Positions 1 through 9,519 of a stretch of 64,000 bases of DNA are shown here, piece after piece; within the stretch, counting starts at the first letter, position 1, and each line of letters begins with the position of its first letter. The translations under genes were made by a program, and so were the position numbers. Origin of the DNA: an uncultured Clostridia bacterium (lineage in GTDB: Bacteria > Bacillota > Clostridia > Christensenellales > UBA1242); NCBI GenBank assembly GCA_947593585.1, contig CANQDP010000001.1:53381-117380 (forward strand). The letters run 5' to 3'. The notes below the pieces were generated by a model. The model did not search any database. It was not told the origin of the DNA and saw nothing but the letters and a program-made list of their open reading frames with translations.

Positions 1-1221
1 GTGAGAAGATTTATCCTGCCTGAAAATGCGCGGGCTGCCAGCGTTATGAAATTGAAAAATGGCACGCATTCAAACTCGCCACTTTCAAATTGGGTTTCCT
101 CATTAGATATCAGCACGGCGGAGCAACAGGGCAGTGTGGAAGAAAATTTTGTGAGTTGGTCGGCAGAAGGCTCGTTTTACATTGTTGAAATTGACGGCAA
201 AATAGCCTGCACCAGCGAGCCCAAAATTGACCTTTCATTGTTGGAAAATAAGATTGATAGTTTCTTAGTGTTATCTTGTGGCGAAGAGGTTAGCCTAATT
301 AGGGTGAAAATTAATCAAAGCCTATATTTGGCAGCACCATCTGCGCTCACTTTCTCAATAACAAATCCATACCTTCTTCAAATTGAGCCGGTTGCTAACG
401 CTTATGGTTACTATGTCTTTTTGAAGGGAACACACACAGACGAATTAGATTATGTGCGCATTGACCACCTTTTCACAAGCGCAAATATTGACCTTTCTAA
501 TTATTTAAGCAAAAGCGAAGAATATGGCTATAGCGTAAAAGTTCAAGCGGTTGGCATGCCTTATGGCGCATTTGAAACAAGCGAGTTGTCCGACCCGGTT
601 GAAATTGTGCACAATAAAAGGCTCGAAACACCACTAATCACTCAGCAGTCAATAAAAAAGGAGCAAGATAAATGCTATATCAACTTCAATTCAGTGGAAG
701 GGGCGGCAAAATATTTAATTAATGTGAACTATGTGCCAAAGATTGTGGACGCACAGCAAGGGGAAACGCAAAAGTTTGAGCTTTCCGAACTCTTGGCTGC
801 GGCGGGGCAGTACACCATCACTGTGCGCGCCCTTCCTAGCGATGATGATGCCTTTGTGCAAGCAAGCGAATTTTCCACCCCTATTGTTTACACCAACTAT
901 GTGCAATTAGAGAGCGTGGCGGACTTGTTGGTGGACTATCAAGACGGGCAATATATCCTTTCGTTTACAGAGCAGGCGAATGCAGAAAATTATCTGATTA
1001 AGATTGTTTATGGTGGCGGAGAAGTTAATGAAAAAGATTATCTAGATTTCCTTTCAGGCAAAGGCTTAAGAGAAAGCTTTTTCATCACATCCAGCCCGTT
1101 CAATTTGTCCAACTATGTGAACCAGCCGGGCAGTTATAAGGTGTTTATCACAGCGGTGGCGGAAGTGAACTCGTTCTTCTCAAATTCTAGCACGGTCAGT
1201 GTGGATTTCACGGCAATTTAG
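1..1221 (+). CDS. C-terminal part of a large repetitive surface protein (5' end lies outside the window)
   Basis: The frame is open from base 1 to TAG 1219-1221, and the GTG at base 1 is probably internal. The translation carries Fn3-like module signatures (NFNSVEGAAKYLINVNY, IEPVANAYGYYVFLKG, FTEQANAENYLIKIVYG) of the same type as the 2,939-aa protein at 38468-47287. No C-terminal anchor motif is seen. Confidence 0.6.
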   Translation: MRRFILPENARAASVMKLKNGTHSNSPLSNWVSSLDISTAEQQGSVEENFVSWSAEGSFYIVEIDGKIACTSEPKIDLSLLENKIDSFLVLSCGEEVSLIRVKINQSLYLAAPSALTFSITNPYLLQIEPVANAYGYYVFLKGTHTDELDYVRIDHLFTSANIDLSNYLSKSEEYGYSVKVQAVGMPYGAFETSELSDPVEIVHNKRLETPLITQQSIKKEQDKCYINFNSVEGAAKYLINVNYVPKIVDAQQGETQKFELSELLAAAGQYTITVRALPSDDDAFVQASEFSTPIVYTNYVQLESVADLLVDYQDGQYILSFTEQANAENYLIKIVYGGGEVNEKDYLDFLSGKGLRESFFITSSPFNLSNYVNQPGSYKVFITAVAEVNSFFSNSSTVSVDFTAI

Positions 1222-1254
1222 CATAAAAACGATCTTTCTATTCAAACTAACTTT

Positions 1255-2712
1255 ATGAAAGTTAGCAAGGAAACCAAATCTAAGATACAAAAAAAATTGC
1301 ATCAAAGCAGCGATATCAAAACTCGCTCGGTGCAATTTTTTGGCACGAATGTTGATTTAATGTATATTGCCGACATCACGGACACGCTTTTGATGAACAA
1401 TTCACTTGTCTATCCAATGGTGAGTTTTAAAGCGGGCGAAACGGACGATGTGGTGAAAGAGTTGAAAGATAAAGTGCTCTCAAATCACGAAGTGAACGAG
1501 TTTTCAAGCGAACAAGAGGCAATAGATGGAATGCTAAAAGGCATGACCATAATCTTGGTGGATGGTGCGGATAAAATTCTCGGTTGCGACATGGAAAAAA
1601 TCACCACGCGCGCAGTTATGGAGCCACCCACAAGTGTGGTGATAAAAGGTCCGCGCGAGGGGTTCACAGAAAGCATAAAATATAATTTTGCCCTTATTAG
1701 AAAACGCGTTAAAACAAACGACCTTGTGATTAAAACGCTAGAGATTGGCGAACTCACAAAAACGGAAGTTGGCATAGTTTATTTCAGTTCGGTGGCAGAT
1801 AAAAAGATTGTGGACGAAATCACAAAAAGGTTAAGTGAAATCAAAATTGACGGCGTGCTTGACGCACATTATCTAATCTCTTATTTGCAGCGAAATAAAC
1901 ATTCACTATTCAAGCAGATTGGCGATGTGGAAAAGCCGGATATCTTAGTGGGCAAAATGCTTGAAGGCAGAGTGGGAATACTTGTGGATGGCAGCCCGAT
2001 AGTGCTCACACTGCCATTTGTGCTTATTGAGGACTTGCAAAATAGTGATGACTATTATAGCCAGCCAATCCGCGTGGGTTTTGTGAGAATATTGCGCCTA
2101 ATTGGCGTCATTTTTGCAATCATTTTGCCGGGTGTGTATGTTTCGCTTGAAATTTATCACTATAAGATTTTGCCCACCAAATTTTTGGTTACGATTATGA
2201 ACACCACTCAAGGTATTCCTTTTTCGCCTTTTGTGGAAATCTTGTTTTTAGTGTTGCTGTTTGAAATTCTTTATGAGGCAAACCTTCGCATGCCGCAATA
2301 TTTCGGCATGGCGATGAGCATTGTGGGAGCACTAATCTTGGGCGAAACCACAGTGAACGCCGGTCTAGTTAGCCCGCCCGCCGTGATGATCGTGGCGCTA
2401 TCTGGCATCACATTTTATATCATTCCGAGCCAAGCGGCGCAGTTTAGCATTTTAAGGCTTTGCGCCATAGTGATAGGTGCGTGCTTAGGGTTATATGGAA
2501 TGCTGATTTTTTGCGTGTTTGTGTTATCTTATCTATCCAACTTTGATAGTTATAAATCTGCCTATCTTGCGCCCACCGCACCATACATTGCAAACGACCA
2601 GCAGGACCTTTTTGAGCGAGCCAACATTGCGGATATGAAAAAGCGACCAAAGTCAATATCCAACAATCGTAAAAACAGCGTAAGGAGGGGCAAAGATGAC
2701 TCTCAAAGTTAA
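1255..2712 (+). CDS. Spore germination protein, GerA-family A subunit
   Basis: 485-aa ORF. The soluble N-terminal domain has VMEPPTSVVIKGPREGFTESIKYNFALIRKRV and DGSPIVLTLPFVLIEDLQNSDDYY, typical of GerAA/GerKA proteins, and is followed by several hydrophobic helices. It overlaps the next gene by 17 nt. Confidence 0.85.
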   Translation: MKVSKETKSKIQKKLHQSSDIKTRSVQFFGTNVDLMYIADITDTLLMNNSLVYPMVSFKAGETDDVVKELKDKVLSNHEVNEFSSEQEAIDGMLKGMTIILVDGADKILGCDMEKITTRAVMEPPTSVVIKGPREGFTESIKYNFALIRKRVKTNDLVIKTLEIGELTKTEVGIVYFSSVADKKIVDEITKRLSEIKIDGVLDAHYLISYLQRNKHSLFKQIGDVEKPDILVGKMLEGRVGILVDGSPIVLTLPFVLIEDLQNSDDYYSQPIRVGFVRILRLIGVIFAIILPGVYVSLEIYHYKILPTKFLVTIMNTTQGIPFSPFVEILFLVLLFEILYEANLRMPQYFGMAMSIVGALILGETTVNAGLVSPPAVMIVALSGITFYIIPSQAAQFSILRLCAIVIGACLGLYGMLIFCVFVLSYLSNFDSYKSAYLAPTAPYIANDQQDLFERANIADMKKRPKSISNNRKNSVRRGKDDSQS

Positions 2713-3865
2713 TTTTAGGCAACTATCAATTTTGGTGTTTATGAGTTTTATTGCGCTCAAATTTTTGGCACTGCCTAGCCTGTTATATTTAGATAGCAAA
2801 AATATGAGTTGGATGGTGGCTCTCGCATTGATGATAATAGATGGGTTATATGTCTTTTTAATTTTAGACCTAATGAAAAAGAGCAATCACCATAACATTT
2901 TAGATTTTATGAAAGCCACGCTCGGGCAGGTGATGGCGCGCGTGTTTTTAGTGTTGCTAATGCTAAAATATGCGCTTGTGATTGCAAACATTTCAAAAGG
3001 TTTAGAATTTTTTGTGGTGGAAAATTTTTATGAAAAAATGAATTGGGTGGTTTTTGTTTTGCCACTTTTGTTGCTCACCGGCTTCATGGCATACAAGGGC
3101 GTTAGAAACATTGCTCGCGTGAGCGAAATCATTTGCTGGGCAATCATCTTTGGCTGCATTTATATTGCTGTGAAATCTTTAATGGGCGTTGAGCCATTAA
3201 ACTTTTTGCCGCTCTTTGATGAAGGTGTGGCGCCACTATTCAAAAGCGGATTTCATCATCTAAGTTGGTTTGGCTCGTGCACGTTTATGTTTATGCTTTT
3301 TGGCAAGGTGGATTTTTCTCGCAAAAAACTCGGCCAGATGATTAAGTATATAGTCTTTTCCATCTTGCTTGTTATGCTCATCTATTTCATCTTTTTCGGG
3401 CTTTTCGATGTAACCGCGCCCATTCACACCTTTGCCATAAGCGATATAAGTCAGTTTTCGAGCGGACATAGTTCGATAGACGAACTTTCGTGGTTGGTGG
3501 TGTCGCTATGGGTAACAGCCCAGGCGGTGCAACTCGCACTTTATAGTTATTGCATGGTGGAAACAATTAAAGCGTTATTCAATGTGAGAAGCAACACCTT
3601 TCCTATCATTGCCGTGCTCTTATATATCTTTATGTGGAGTTTTGTTGGCGAGATGACTGTCGGGCTAGAAAAGGTGTTTTTATCGCCATACGCATCAATC
3701 GTAACGCTTATTGCACAATATGTCCTGCCATGGCTTATGCTTATTGGTTATGCCACGATGGGCAAGATTAAACGGCAAAAATTCAATGATAGTCCACAGC
3801 AAGAGAATGTGCCAGAAGAGAAACCAAGGGTGCGGGCAAAGGCGGTGAAAAATGAAGAAACTTAA
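2696..3865 (+). CDS. Spore germination protein, GerAB-type integral membrane (APC-like permease) subunit
   Basis: 389-aa ORF that is almost entirely hydrophobic (about 10 helices). It is the middle gene of a three-gene overlapping operon, with the size and position expected of a B subunit. Confidence 0.75.
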   Translation: MTLKVNFRQLSILVFMSFIALKFLALPSLLYLDSKNMSWMVALALMIIDGLYVFLILDLMKKSNHHNILDFMKATLGQVMARVFLVLLMLKYALVIANISKGLEFFVVENFYEKMNWVVFVLPLLLLTGFMAYKGVRNIARVSEIICWAIIFGCIYIAVKSLMGVEPLNFLPLFDEGVAPLFKSGFHHLSWFGSCTFMFMLFGKVDFSRKKLGQMIKYIVFSILLVMLIYFIFFGLFDVTAPIHTFAISDISQFSSGHSSIDELSWLVVSLWVTAQAVQLALYSYCMVETIKALFNVRSNTFPIIAVLLYIFMWSFVGEMTVGLEKVFLSPYASIVTLIAQYVLPWLMLIGYATMGKIKRQKFNDSPQQENVPEEKPRVRAKAVKNEET

Positions 3866-5120
3866 CACAATTTTTTCGCCTCGCAAATTGGTGGTGCTAT
3901 TTTTAATCATAATCGGGATATTAACAGTGCCACAAATTGATGCGCCCGCAATGAGCCAAACCGATGCAATCGTTACAATGCTTTGCCTAGATAAAGAGGA
4001 GCAGGACATTGTGATTTCTGCCACCGTTTTATCTCCCGGGCAGGATAATGTGGCAAATTATCAGGTGTTTAAGGGCAAGGGCAAAACTTTTGGCACGGCC
4101 GTGGACGCACTCTCAATCGCTATGGGCAAAGAGATGGGTTTTGCGCAATGCGAAATAGTTGCCATGGGTGAAAATATTTGCAAAGAGGGAGTGATGCCAG
4201 CACTAGACTATTTCACACGAACGAAAAAGGTGGGCAGAAATTCTTATCTAATTGCTTTTAAGGGCGATGCAGAAGAATTTTCGCAAGCAATGGCAGATTT
4301 GAGCAAAGAAAAATCACTCACGCTCGAAAACATTATGAATTTTGATAGCCGTTATATCGTTTCGCAAGATAGCAATATCGAGAGTTTCTACACAGGCTAT
4401 TTTGGTGAAATATCATTAGGACTTATGCCAAAAGTTAGCCTTGAAAGCGAAGAGCGAGATAGTGCAATCAAAATTGAAGGTCAAGACGCGTCATCAAGTG
4501 GTGGAAGTGGTGGCTCATCGGGCTCGGGCGGAGGCACAAGCGGCGGTTCTGGTGGCGGACAGCAAAATCAGGGCAAATTCTTTTTAAATGACGGCAGCGT
4601 TTCCGTTTTCAAAAAAGGCAAAAAATTTATAGATTTATCCCCAGAGCAGGTGAAAAAACTTAATTTTTTTGTGAATAATAGCCAGCAGGGCACACTTGTG
4701 ATTGAAAATGTGGACGATCATCTTTTCGATAACAACACAGTGCTCCTAGATATTGTGAAAAAGAAAAATGATGTGTCTGTTAGGTTTGACGGCAACACTC
4801 CGGTGTATAAATCAAATATGGAACTGATTGTGTTCGTTGAAGAAGTGGACGCAAATGAACCAACAAAAAAAATGCTTAGGCGAAACAATGAATTTTTGAC
4901 CGACACTCTTATTGAAAAAATCAAAGAAGATGTGATTAGCCAAATGGAAGAGATTGTGCAATTTTGCAAAACAAACAAAATGGATTTGTTTGAAGCCTAT
5001 CCGCATTTTTATAAACTGACAAATAAAGATTTCAAAAAATATATTGCCCGCACGGGCAAAGAAAATTTTTTAGACGGCGTGAAATTTGAATATGAAATTA
5101 AGGTGAGCAATGAATATTAG
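3852..5120 (+). CDS. Ger(x)C-family germination protein (C subunit) with Gly/Ser-rich insert
   Basis: 422-aa ORF, third gene of the operon (14-nt overlap). It has an N-terminal hydrophobic segment and the size of a C subunit. The call rests mainly on operon context. The insert SSSGGSGGSSGSGGGTSGGSGGGQQNQG lies at 4491-4574. Confidence 0.7.
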   Translation: MKKLNTIFSPRKLVVLFLIIIGILTVPQIDAPAMSQTDAIVTMLCLDKEEQDIVISATVLSPGQDNVANYQVFKGKGKTFGTAVDALSIAMGKEMGFAQCEIVAMGENICKEGVMPALDYFTRTKKVGRNSYLIAFKGDAEEFSQAMADLSKEKSLTLENIMNFDSRYIVSQDSNIESFYTGYFGEISLGLMPKVSLESEERDSAIKIEGQDASSSGGSGGSSGSGGGTSGGSGGGQQNQGKFFLNDGSVSVFKKGKKFIDLSPEQVKKLNFFVNNSQQGTLVIENVDDHLFDNNTVLLDIVKKKNDVSVRFDGNTPVYKSNMELIVFVEEVDANEPTKKMLRRNNEFLTDTLIEKIKEDVISQMEEIVQFCKTNKMDLFEAYPHFYKLTNKDFKKYIARTGKENFLDGVKFEYEIKVSNEY

Positions 5121-5310
5121 CGGGCAAACTGCATTTTTGCTAGTTTGTTTCACTATCGTTTCACAAACATAAGCCTAAATTTGTTTGCCCGCTCACTATG
5201 AAGGCACACCGCTTTCAGCGGTTTTCCTTCATTACTTCCTTTCTATTATGGAAATTTTTTAATTGCTTATTTTTATCGAAAAATTTTTAAAATTTTAAAT
5301 TTTTACATGC

Positions 5311-5340
5311 AAAAAACAAAAAAAGAGGTAAAAACCTCTT
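5311..5340 (-). terminator. Rho-independent terminator after pheT (hairpin could act in both directions)
   Basis: Stem aagaggt (5323-5329) / acctctt (5334-5340) with loop aaaa. On the minus strand it is followed by a U-rich run (complement of 5311-5322). It overlaps the pheT stop codon. Confidence 0.7.
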
Positions 5341-7711
5341 ATTTTCTTAATTCAAAGCTGACTTTTTCGATTGTTTTAATAAAATATGCGCTAAATTTTT
5401 CAATGTCTGTCGCTGTCAGGGTTTTGTCTTTTGGAGTGATTGTTACATTGATTGTGTAACTAATCTTATCTTTCAAATCGCCATCGTTGGTGTAAACATC
5501 TTTAAGCCCATATTCAAGCAAATAGTTGCATCTAAAGTTTTTAATTGCGTTTTCAAGTGTGGCATATTTTGTGCCCGCCGCTGCCACAAAGTTAAAGTCT
5601 AGGCTCACCGCTTGGAATTTGCTGGTTGGCACAATTTTTTTGCTTTGCTTTGGCGCGTCAAGCAATTTGTTCACATCCAATTCAAGTGCGGCAAAGTGTT
5701 TGCGCTTGTCAATTTTTTTAGCAAGGGTAGGGTGCAAAATTCCCATGCTGCCCAAAATTAAATTTCCGCTCGTTATTGCACAAGAATTAATTGGGTGCAA
5801 GATTTTATTTGATGAGTTGCTATCAAAACTTAATTCACAGCCGGCAAGCGTGCCAACATATTCCGCAATTTCTTTAAGTTTGAAATATAACGCCTTTTCA
5901 CTATCTGCGCTTGCCAAAACTATGGATAATTTTTTCTTTTCAATCACCAGATTGTCTTTATCAAGTTCGTCAAAAGTTCTGCCAATTTCAAAGATGTTTA
6001 TTTCTGCAAATTTGTTTTTGTTTTCATCAGCAAATTTTAAAAGTGTTGGTGTGAGAGTTACGCGCAAACCACTTTGCCCGCTCTTGGAAGCATCCATCAA
6101 ATGCACAACAGGCTTATCTTCAATGCCAAGTGATTTGTTGAAATCTGCGTAATTCCACACATAACTATGCACTTCGTTTAAGCCAAATTTGCTTGCTAGG
6201 GCGAGTTTGATTTCATATTCCAATTCGTGTGTTGGAATTTTGTCCACAGGGGTGAGCGGCATAGACATGGTTGAACTTTTAATGTTGTCATATCCATACA
6301 TTCTAAACACTTCTTCCACCAAATCTTCTTTGATAGACACATCTTTTGTGCCGCGCCATGATGGCACAATCACCTCTAATTTCTGCCCGCTAACTTTCAC
6401 TGTGAAGCCTAGGCGAGTGAGAATGTCCGCAATCTGCTTTGCGCTCAACTCAACACCCCCACGGCGAGAGATGAAATCTGCATCTGTTTTGATAGTGTGG
6501 GTTGGATATTTAAAGTTATAAACATCGGTGAAGCTAGAAGAAACTCTAACGCCACTATCTATCTGCTTTAAGAGATAAAGCAAGCGCGCAAGCGCAGTTT
6601 TGGTCAGCTCTGGGTCGAGCGACTTTTCATATCTCAAACTTGCGTCCGTGATAAGCCCAATTTTTCTGCTCGTCTTTCTAATTGCCATACTATCAAAGCA
6701 AGCGCTCTCTAAAAGCAAACTATTTGTGTCCTCCCCAATGCTATCTTTAAGCCCACCTTTAATGCCGGCAATGGCAATCGGCTCGCGCTTTTCATCGCAA
6801 ATTACAACTGAATTTGGCTCAATCGTGTGAGTGGTGTGCTCAAGCGTTTCCATTTCAAGCGGCTTGGTGTTTTCAATCACCGTTATTCCGCCCACTTTTG
6901 CATGGTCAAACGCGTGCATAGGTTGACCCAATTCAAGCATGATATAGTTGGTTAAATCGGCAAGCAAATTAATATCGCGCATTCCACAATAATTTAGGCG
7001 CAATTTAATGAGCGGACTTGCCACCTTCTTTAAAATGTTTTCCACCGCAATGCCCGAATATCTAAAGCAATTTTTCGTTTCCACCTTGATGTTTAATTTT
7101 TTTAATTTTTCATAAGCGGACAAATCATCTAATTCCAATGGTTTTAGTGGGCGATTGAAAATGGCGGCAAACTCACGAGCAATGCCATAGTGCCCCCACA
7201 AATCTGGGCGGTTGGTGAGTGATTTATTGTCAATCTCAATAAGCACATCTTCCACAGGCAACATCTCTTCAATAGGCGTGCCAACTTTTGCGTTTTGGTC
7301 TAATTCCACAATGCCGGAAGTGTCCGCCTCAATGCCTAGTTCGTTTCCTCCACAGCACATTCCGTTGCTGTCCACTCCCACCATTTTCACCGGCTTTATT
7401 TTCATATCTTTCACCTGCCCACCAACGCGGCAGAAGAAGGTTTTTAGCCCAACCCGCACATTTGGCGCACTGCACACAACTTGCACGGGAGTGCCCGAGC
7501 CGTCATCAACTTTTAACACGTGCAAATGATTGCTTTGAGGGTGGTTTTCAACCGATAAAATTTCAGCAACCACAATGTTTTTTAGGTCGCCCCCCACATG
7601 TGTTACGCTCTCAATTTCGGCGGTGGATAGCCCAAAGCGTTTTGTGAGTTCGTCCACCTCGATGCCGCTTAAATCCACAAATTCTTTAATCCAATTAAGT
7701 GATATAATCAT
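5339..7711 (-). CDS. pheT: Phenylalanine--tRNA ligase beta subunit
   Basis: 790-aa ORF with the N-terminal tRNA-binding domain (IISLNWIKEFVDL..., VVAEILSVENHPQSNHLHVLKVDDG), B3/4 and B5 regions, and a C-terminal FDX-ACB-like end. SD AAAGGAGAA lies upstream of the ATG at 7711. It sits downstream of pheS. Confidence 0.95.
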   Translation of the reverse strand: MIISLNWIKEFVDLSGIEVDELTKRFGLSTAEIESVTHVGGDLKNIVVAEILSVENHPQSNHLHVLKVDDGSGTPVQVVCSAPNVRVGLKTFFCRVGGQVKDMKIKPVKMVGVDSNGMCCGGNELGIEADTSGIVELDQNAKVGTPIEEMLPVEDVLIEIDNKSLTNRPDLWGHYGIAREFAAIFNRPLKPLELDDLSAYEKLKKLNIKVETKNCFRYSGIAVENILKKVASPLIKLRLNYCGMRDINLLADLTNYIMLELGQPMHAFDHAKVGGITVIENTKPLEMETLEHTTHTIEPNSVVICDEKREPIAIAGIKGGLKDSIGEDTNSLLLESACFDSMAIRKTSRKIGLITDASLRYEKSLDPELTKTALARLLYLLKQIDSGVRVSSSFTDVYNFKYPTHTIKTDADFISRRGGVELSAKQIADILTRLGFTVKVSGQKLEVIVPSWRGTKDVSIKEDLVEEVFRMYGYDNIKSSTMSMPLTPVDKIPTHELEYEIKLALASKFGLNEVHSYVWNYADFNKSLGIEDKPVVHLMDASKSGQSGLRVTLTPTLLKFADENKNKFAEINIFEIGRTFDELDKDNLVIEKKKLSIVLASADSEKALYFKLKEIAEYVGTLAGCELSFDSNSSNKILHPINSCAITSGNLILGSMGILHPTLAKKIDKRKHFAALELDVNKLLDAPKQSKKIVPTSKFQAVSLDFNFVAAAGTKYATLENAIKNFRCNYLLEYGLKDVYTNDGDLKDKISYTINVTITPKDKTLTATDIEKFSAYFIKTIEKVSFELRK

Positions 7712-7913
7712 AATTTCTCCTTTAATTTATATTGTTATAAGAAATTAAAATCTTCGCAAGAAAATAAATTATTAATCGTATGCGATTATAGTTTACTATA
7801 AATCTCATAAAGATTTTAAAAATTTTGCGTGAGCAATTTTAATTTCGCATAAAATTAGAAATTTTGAGATATTATCTAGCAAACTTGTTTGACAGATAAT
7901 TTTCTCCTATCCT

Positions 7914-8939
7914 TTACTTTATTTTAAACTGCTTTAATAGCTTTAGATTTCCACTATTCAATTCGCGAATATCGTTTAAATTAAAGGATAACATCGTCAT
8001 TCTGTCTAGCCCCAAGCCAAACGCACAGCCGCTATAGACCTCTGGGTCAATGCCACCATTTCGCAAAACTTGTGGGTGAATCATTCCGCAAGGGCAGAGT
8101 TCAATCCAGCCACCATTTTTGCAGGTTGGGCAACCCTTGCCGTCACAGAAAGGGCAGCGCACATCCATTTCAAAACTTGGCTCGGTGAACGGGAAGAAGC
8201 CAGGGCGCAAGCGCACCTCCACTTGCTTTTTAAAGATTTTAGAGAGCATCTCTTTCATGAAATAAATTAGATTGCCCACCGACACATCTTTATCCACAAT
8301 CACACCTTCGAGTTGGAAGAAAGTGTTTTCGTGGCTGGCGTCCACATCTTCATTTCTAAAGCACCTGCCCGGGAAAATTGCTCTAATTGGCGGAGCGTAC
8401 TTTTTAAGAATGCGGTTTTGCGATGCGGAAGTGTGCGTCTTTAAAACTTCGCCATTATCTAGCCAAAAAGTGTCTTGCATATCGCGGGCGGGGTGGTTTT
8501 CTGGCACATTGACCGCCGTGAAATTGTTATATTCCGTTTCCACCTCGTTGCCGTCTTCCACCACAAAGCCCATAGAAGTGAACACCTCTTCAATCTCGCG
8601 CTGGATAATTGTGCGAGGGTGCAGGCTGCCACACTCTGCGCCCGTTGGAAGAGTGATGTCTATTTTTTCAGCCGAGTTGATTTCCTTTTCAATTTCCGCA
8701 TTGGCAAGCGCTTTTTCTTTGTTTGAAATGAGCGCGTCAATCTCAGCCTTGCCCGCATTTAAAATTTGCCCAACTTTTCCTTTTTCTTCAGGCACATCTT
8801 TTAGCAACTTAAAAAGTTCGGTCACTTTGCCCGATTTGCCCAAAATTTCCACGCGCAACGCTTGGCAGTCCGCTTGCGCATTTATGCCACTAAGTTTTTC
8901 AACAACATAATTTTTAATTTCATTAATTTTGTTTTGCAT
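7914..8939 (-). CDS. pheS: Phenylalanine--tRNA ligase alpha subunit
   Basis: 341-aa ORF with class II aaRS motifs (HPARDMQDTFW, FPGRCFRNEDVDASHENTFFQLEG, GFFPFTEPSFEMDV, GCAFGLGLDRM). Confidence 0.95.
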   Translation of the reverse strand: MQNKINEIKNYVVEKLSGINAQADCQALRVEILGKSGKVTELFKLLKDVPEEKGKVGQILNAGKAEIDALISNKEKALANAEIEKEINSAEKIDITLPTGAECGSLHPRTIIQREIEEVFTSMGFVVEDGNEVETEYNNFTAVNVPENHPARDMQDTFWLDNGEVLKTHTSASQNRILKKYAPPIRAIFPGRCFRNEDVDASHENTFFQLEGVIVDKDVSVGNLIYFMKEMLSKIFKKQVEVRLRPGFFPFTEPSFEMDVRCPFCDGKGCPTCKNGGWIELCPCGMIHPQVLRNGGIDPEVYSGCAFGLGLDRMTMLSFNLNDIRELNSGNLKLLKQFKIK

Positions 8940-9495
8940 GTTTTGCTCCTTTTATTTCTTTTAAATATTTTTGCATATAATATGTGTTTGCATAAGTTCC
9001 GTCTTCATATTTCGTGTCGTTATAAAATGTGCCGGTTTTTTCAAAACCAAATTTTTTATAGAGGTGAATGCCTGCTTTGTTGTTTGTGTTGACGGTTAAA
9101 TCCACAATTTCAAAGCCGGTTTTGGTGGCAGTGTCAATCAAAATTTGCATAAGGTGTGAGGCTATGCCCAAATTCCAAAACTCTTTTAACACCGAAATGC
9201 CTATGCTGCAAATGTGTCTTTTTCTAAACTTGGTTGAACTTGAATAATCCGCCAAGCCAATCACCTTGCCTTTTATTGTTGCCATAACAATAAATTTGGT
9301 TTTTATGTTTTGAGATTTTATCCAAGCAATTTCCCTTTCTAATGTAACTTTCGGCTCTTGCTCGCAAGACAACAAAAATTTGCTTTCCGTTCTAATTCTG
9401 TTTGCATAATCTGCCAAATCTTGTGCATATTTTAGCGTTGGCGTTTGAAAGGTGCATTTCTGCCCGCTTTTTAAGATAACTTCATTGATTTTCAT
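8923..9495 (-). CDS. GNAT-family N-acetyltransferase
   Basis: 190-aa ORF. The acetyl-CoA binding region motif reads VLKEFWNLGIASHLMQILIDTATKTGF...LTVNTNNKAGIHLYKKFGFEKTG. It overlaps the pheS start by 17 nt. Confidence 0.7.
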   Translation of the reverse strand: MKINEVILKSGQKCTFQTPTLKYAQDLADYANRIRTESKFLLSCEQEPKVTLEREIAWIKSQNIKTKFIVMATIKGKVIGLADYSSSTKFRKRHICSIGISVLKEFWNLGIASHLMQILIDTATKTGFEIVDLTVNTNNKAGIHLYKKFGFEKTGTFYNDTKYEDGTYANTYYMQKYLKEIKGAKHAKQN

Positions 9496-9519
9496 ATAAT
9501 TGCTCCTTTTAAACGAAGT

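Noticed and set aside
5119-5260. A second functional T-box riboswitch downstream of pheT
   Set aside because: Only Stem I-like blocks are present. There is no T-box sequence, no antiterminator/terminator pair, and no minus-strand gene downstream (the next sequence is antisense to gerAC). I kept it only as an unexplained structured element.
5526-9092. Plus-strand ORFs of 66-212 aa overlapping pheT and pheS (e.g. 5526-6152, 8272-8910)
   Set aside because: They are antisense to two unambiguous aminoacyl-tRNA synthetase genes. The translations are Ser/Leu/Phe-rich with no start context.
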